Below, one piece after another: positions 54,249 to 58,932 of a stretch of DNA of 58,932 nucleotides. This DNA comes from Chiloscyllium plagiosum (taxonomy: Eukaryota), in the NCBI RefSeq assembly GCF_004010195.1, contig NW_025215017.1, positions 1 to 58,932 of the forward strand, written 5' to 3'. The translations under genes and the position numbers were made by a program. Within the stretch, counting starts at the first letter, position 1. Each line of letters starts with the position of its first letter. The notes under the pieces were generated by a model. The model did no database searches and was not told the DNA's origin. It worked only from the letters and a program-made list of their open reading frames with translations.

Positions 54249-55348
54249 TGACATGTTTTTTTTTTGTTGTTACTCGTAGTGATGTTGTGGATTTTCCATG
54301 TTGTAAGGAAGGTTTATAACTGACAATCTGGTATTACCTGCTACTTAATTAAGGGCTTATCAATGCAGATAACATGGATTTTAGGCTGTTTTCAATTAGC
54401 TATAATAAACTAATCATTAGTGAAAGCAGTTGGTAAAGTGAATTTAAGGTGTTGGCTTGAATTTTCTCCTTGCCACAATGACAGTGGATACTTACCAGGA
54501 TGAGATTTTGATCTGACTCTGCCCAACTTTCCTAAACGTGAGTATTTACATAGTTCAGATAGATATCTGCACCAGTTTACAGGATTACCCCAAACTGGCG
54601 AAAGAAATTCGGTATCAAATATTGCTATGAGTAACAGTTTCAGAGAATTATGTATAACCTACAGTACAGAAACAGGCCAATTGAATCAACAAATTCATGC
54701 AATTGTTCATGATGAAGAGATTTTTAAAAAAAATTCTTTTTCAAAACAAAATAGCTCTGTCATCAATTGTACATCGATGTCCACTTGGCCACAGGTAGTA
54801 GTGATTGTCTAACTTATTCAGGCTCTAAAAAGGAAGACTGAATGTTTAACTGCTGGGCATGATGAATTTGCATACTATGAAATAAGATTGAGATTATATA
54901 AAATGAATCCAATACCCAGGCAAGAATGCTGATCAAACATGCTCAGGCTGGTTTTTAAGTAACCAAAATGACACGTTTTTCTGCATGCCATAAAACATTG
55001 CAATAAGTAGAGTCAGTTGTCCAATAATGATCTGACAGCAATGAAAAATGAAGAAATGGAAGGCAACAATACTTTCCTGAGGAAGGAAGATATTAGGCAA
55101 CATAAAAGCAGGGACGACATTTGATTGATGTCATCTTCCTTTGTGCTTCTGAACATGGTTGGCCTCCAGAAATTGGTGTAGCCATGGCTGCTTCCAGTGT
55201 GAATGATAAAGTACAGGGAGAGTCTGGCAGGAAAGAAGGTCTCCACATGCCCGAACGTTCCTTTTGGGAACATAAAGTGATGTAAATACTTGCTATTAAA
55301 TGTTCTCTTTTGGTCTTGACCTTATTTTTAGACTTATTTTTAATCATA

Positions 55349-55450
55349 CCTGTTCAGAGATGTTAATTCACACCTCTGGAGCAGGTCAGACTTGAATCCA
55401 GATCTCCTGGTTCAGAGGTAGGGACACTATCACTGTGTCTCAGGAGCCCC
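55349..55450 (-). mobile_element. Short tRNA-derived SINE
   Basis: Reverse complement gggctcctgagacacagtgatagtgtccct...ggattcaagtc with A/B-box-like spacing. Confidence 0.55.
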
Positions 55451-55839
55451 TAGATCTTTGTTTTTTAAACTGTACCTAACAGGAAATCCCTAGCAAGTTC
55501 CTTATTTAGCGAACATGAATATAGCAGTTGGATTCCAAGTATGTCATTGAGAACTTCATGACTTTGGGTAGGGAAATTGACTCCCATCCATTAGAGTAGC
55601 TAAATAATTCTAAGAATTGTAACTGCAAATCTACATAGTTTGTCCTCGGATCTAATTAAATTGTGACAGTCTTGAAGCTCATGAAAATATTAGTCAAAGC
55701 TGTGGTTATATAAATTAAGCACTAGACAATAATGTTTTTAAGGTTACTGTGCCTTTCATTGGACACTTTCCCAAGGCCTTAATCTCGCCAACTACACATG
55801 CACAATATTCAGAAAATTGACCTTCACACTCACTTTTGT

Positions 55840-56150
55840 ACATTTGTTTTTAATTGCTCGTGGGAGGCTCAACACGTTGGATAGGCCAGGATTTGTGGCC
55901 CATCTCTAATTTCTCTTGAGAAGTGGTGGTGAGCTGCTTTCTTGAACTGCTCTTGAGTTGTAGGTACATCCATAGTACAGTTGGGAAGAGAGTTCCAAGA
56001 TTTTTGGGAACTCAGTGAAGGAATAGTAACACATTTCTACATCAGGATGTTGTATGGCTTGGCGAAGAACTTACAGGTGGTAGTGCTGCTATGCACCTGT
56101 TGCCTTGTCGTTTTTGCTGCTAGAGGCTGCAGGTTTGAATATGCAGGTTT
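55840..56150 (-). mobile_element. Family-B LINE 3' end
   Basis: Similar to 30805-31100 and 10500-10660 (cttgagaagtggtggtgagctgctttcttgaac). Confidence 0.7.
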
Positions 56151-56347
56151 GAAGTTCCTGTCTGTTTTTGATGAAAGATTTAAACTCCCATTGCAGAAAG
56201 GGACTGAAATAGAGAAAATCGCCGGGGAAAAATACACAACACAAATTGACATATGAACAATTAATTAAAATGGAAAAGCTGTCAGCGTTATACCAGTTTA
56301 GATTACAGATCTGGTGATCATGTGTAATTTTATAAAATTTTGATTAA

Positions 56348-56820
<473 letters not shown>

Positions 56821-57919
56821 TCTTTGTGTTTAAATCCACTCTTGTTTTTTTCTCTTTTGTTCTCACTATATTTTCTTTATCCTTCCAACTTCCATATGAA
56901 CATTCAAAGTAGGAGTAGAAGTGGATCATTTAACCTCTCAAGCTTGCTGTGCCATTTAGTAAGTTCATAGCTGATCTGTTGTGTTCTTGCCTGCCCTTAA
57001 TACCCCTAATTCCCCTGCCTAACAAAAAAACTATTCACCTCTATCTTAAAAATATTCAATGACCCTGCCTCCACAGATTGCTGAGGCAGAGTTCCAAAGT
57101 ATCTCAATCTCAGAGGAAAACAATAGTCTCCTCATCTCTACCCTAAAAGGTTGATGTCTAGTTTTAAGACAGTGCCCCCTAGTTCTGTACTGATCACAGA
57201 GAAAATATTGTTTCCAACTCCACTTGTCAAGACCTTTTTAGGATCTTATATGCATAAATCAGGTCACCCCTCATTCTTCTAAACTCCAGTGGAAATGCCC
57301 TCAGTTTGTCCAACCTATTCCTCATGAGACAACACACTCATTCTAGGTATCAATCTGTAAACCATGTCAGAACTGCTTCAATTGCAATTGCATCTCTGCT
57401 TAAATAAGAAGACCAAAACTGCACAAAAGCGTTTGAGATGTTGTCTCACCCATGCCTTGCATTACTGAAGCCTAACGTCCTTTGTTTAACTTTGATGTTC
57501 AATTCCTCTCATAATAAAGGGTAGCATCCCATATCCTTCCCGATGATGAATAGTACCTGTATATAATTTTTTTATGACTCATGCCCCAGAGCACATAAAT
57601 CTCTTGGCACCTTGGATTTCTGCAGTGATTCTCTAATGAGGTAATATTCTGCTTTTTTATTCTTCCTACCAAAGTCAACAACTTCACATTTTACTATGTT
57701 ATACTCTAACTCCAGATTTTTGCTCACTCAAACTATCCATATCAGCTGTAACTTCCTTATTTTCTACACAACATAACTCCTGATCTAGCTTGGTGTTCTC
57801 TGCAAATTTAGCTACCAACCCTTTGCTCCCCTCGTCTAAGTCAATTACTGAAATGGTAAAATGTTGAGACCCCAGCTGAGCACAGACTCCATTAATCACA
57901 TCCTGCCAATCACACAAAG

Positions 57920-58169
57920 CCTTATCTTCCACCTTGGGACCCTCCAACCACTCGGCATCAATGTGGATTTCACCAGTTTCCTCATACCCCCCCCCCCCCC
58001 CCCCCTCCTATTTATCTCTCCATCCCTGAGGCTCCCAGCTCATTTGTGATGAAGGGCTTTTGCCTAAAACGTTGATTTTCCTGCTCTTCAGATGCTGCCT
58101 GACCTGTTGTGCTTTTCCAGCACCACACTCTTGACTCTAATCTTCAGCATCTGCAGTCCTCACTTTCTC
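57920..58169 (+). mobile_element. PLE 3' end: GIY-YIG endonuclease C-terminus plus terminal repeat
   Basis: LIFHLGTLQPLGINVDFTSFLI followed by decayed hammerhead (gtgatgaagggcttttgcctaaaacgttga) and gatgctgcctgacctg...catctgcagtcctcactttctcc. Confidence 0.85.
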
Positions 58170-58632
58170 CAAAGTACCATCTATGTATAATCTCTGTTTT
58201 CTTCCATCTAGTCAATCTGCTATCCATGTTTACATGTTACCCCATAACGCATGAGCTTTGATTTTCTGCAATAAGTCTTTGAGTGGCAGCTCACCAGAAG
58301 CCATTTGGAAATCCAAGAATACTTGTCTACAGGCTCATCTTTATCCATATTGTATGTTACTCTATTAAATAATTCCAAAGTTGATTAAACGTGATTTCCC
58401 TTTCATAAAACCAGGCTGTCTCTTCCTGATTACCTTGAGGTTTTCAAAGTATGCAGCTATTATCTCTTTAATCATCAATTCTAACACCTTTCCGATGACA
58501 GATATCAAGCAATTGTTTTCTGCCTCCATTCCTTCTTGACGAGGAATTCTTTTTACTTCTTTCCATCCAATGGCAGCTTTTCTGAATCTATGGAATTTTG
58601 AAAATATTTGTCTCTAAAGCAATCTATTTTAA

Positions 58633-58735
58633 CAGGAGGAAGTTCTGAGGAAGGGTCACTTGATCCGAAATGTTAACTGTAATTTCTCTCCACAGAGCCA
58701 GACCTGCTGAGCTTTTCCAGTAATTTCTGTTTTTA
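58633..58735 (+). mobile_element. PLE terminal-repeat insertion (second family) with hammerhead motif at 58641-58678
   Basis: TSD aatct(a/g)ttttaa (58621-58632/58736-58747); agtt-CTGAGGA-A-GGGTC-actt-GATCC-GAAA-tg-TT-aact. Confidence 0.8.
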
Positions 58736-58932
58736 AATCTGTTTTAAGACCCTTGGCTGAAGTGCGGCTGGGTCCAGAAACTTGTCAGCCCACAGTTCCA
58801 TCAGTTTGAGTAGTACCTCTTCTGTCATAATTGCAATTTTGGTAAACTTCTCTCTCCCCTCCACCTCTGGATTTATACCTATTACAGAAATGTTTTGTTT
58901 CCTTTACAGTCAAGACTGATGCAAAATATTTA

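Larger units (their letters stand above)
56905..58932 (-). mobile_element. Decayed CR1 LINE hosting two PLE inserts
   Basis: ORF 57699..57947: DWQDVINGV..LGSQHFTISVIDLDEG...AKFAENTKL; 3' UTR near 56905. Confidence 0.8.

Overview
Eukaryotic (vertebrate) genomic DNA, most likely from a shark or other elasmobranch, inferred from HE1-type SINEs and HER1/CR1 LINEs. The window covers the middle of a large + strand gene, FRY (furry homolog). I read 17 consecutive GT-AG coding exons (2963-56551, 2990 nt, about 997 codons). They splice in phase without stops, and neither the start nor the end of the gene lies in the window. The introns are packed with decayed retroelements: CR1-type LINEs (several nested), one L1-clade LINE, an L2 fragment, tRNA-derived SINEs and a probable solo LTR. 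The most notable signal is about 12 short Penelope-like element (PLE) terminal-repeat insertions. Many are fold-back structures with 12-15 bp target-site duplications (TSDs), and several carry minimal type-I hammerhead ribozyme motifs. Two keep an intact catalytic core on the FRY pre-mRNA strand (48807-48842, 58641-58678). Also present are a twin-priming-type inverted Penelope RT insertion (1-254), a ~350 bp intronic inverted duplication, a templated patchwork rearrangement and a CR1/L1 fusion. Family and gene assignments come from recalled motifs, not database searches.
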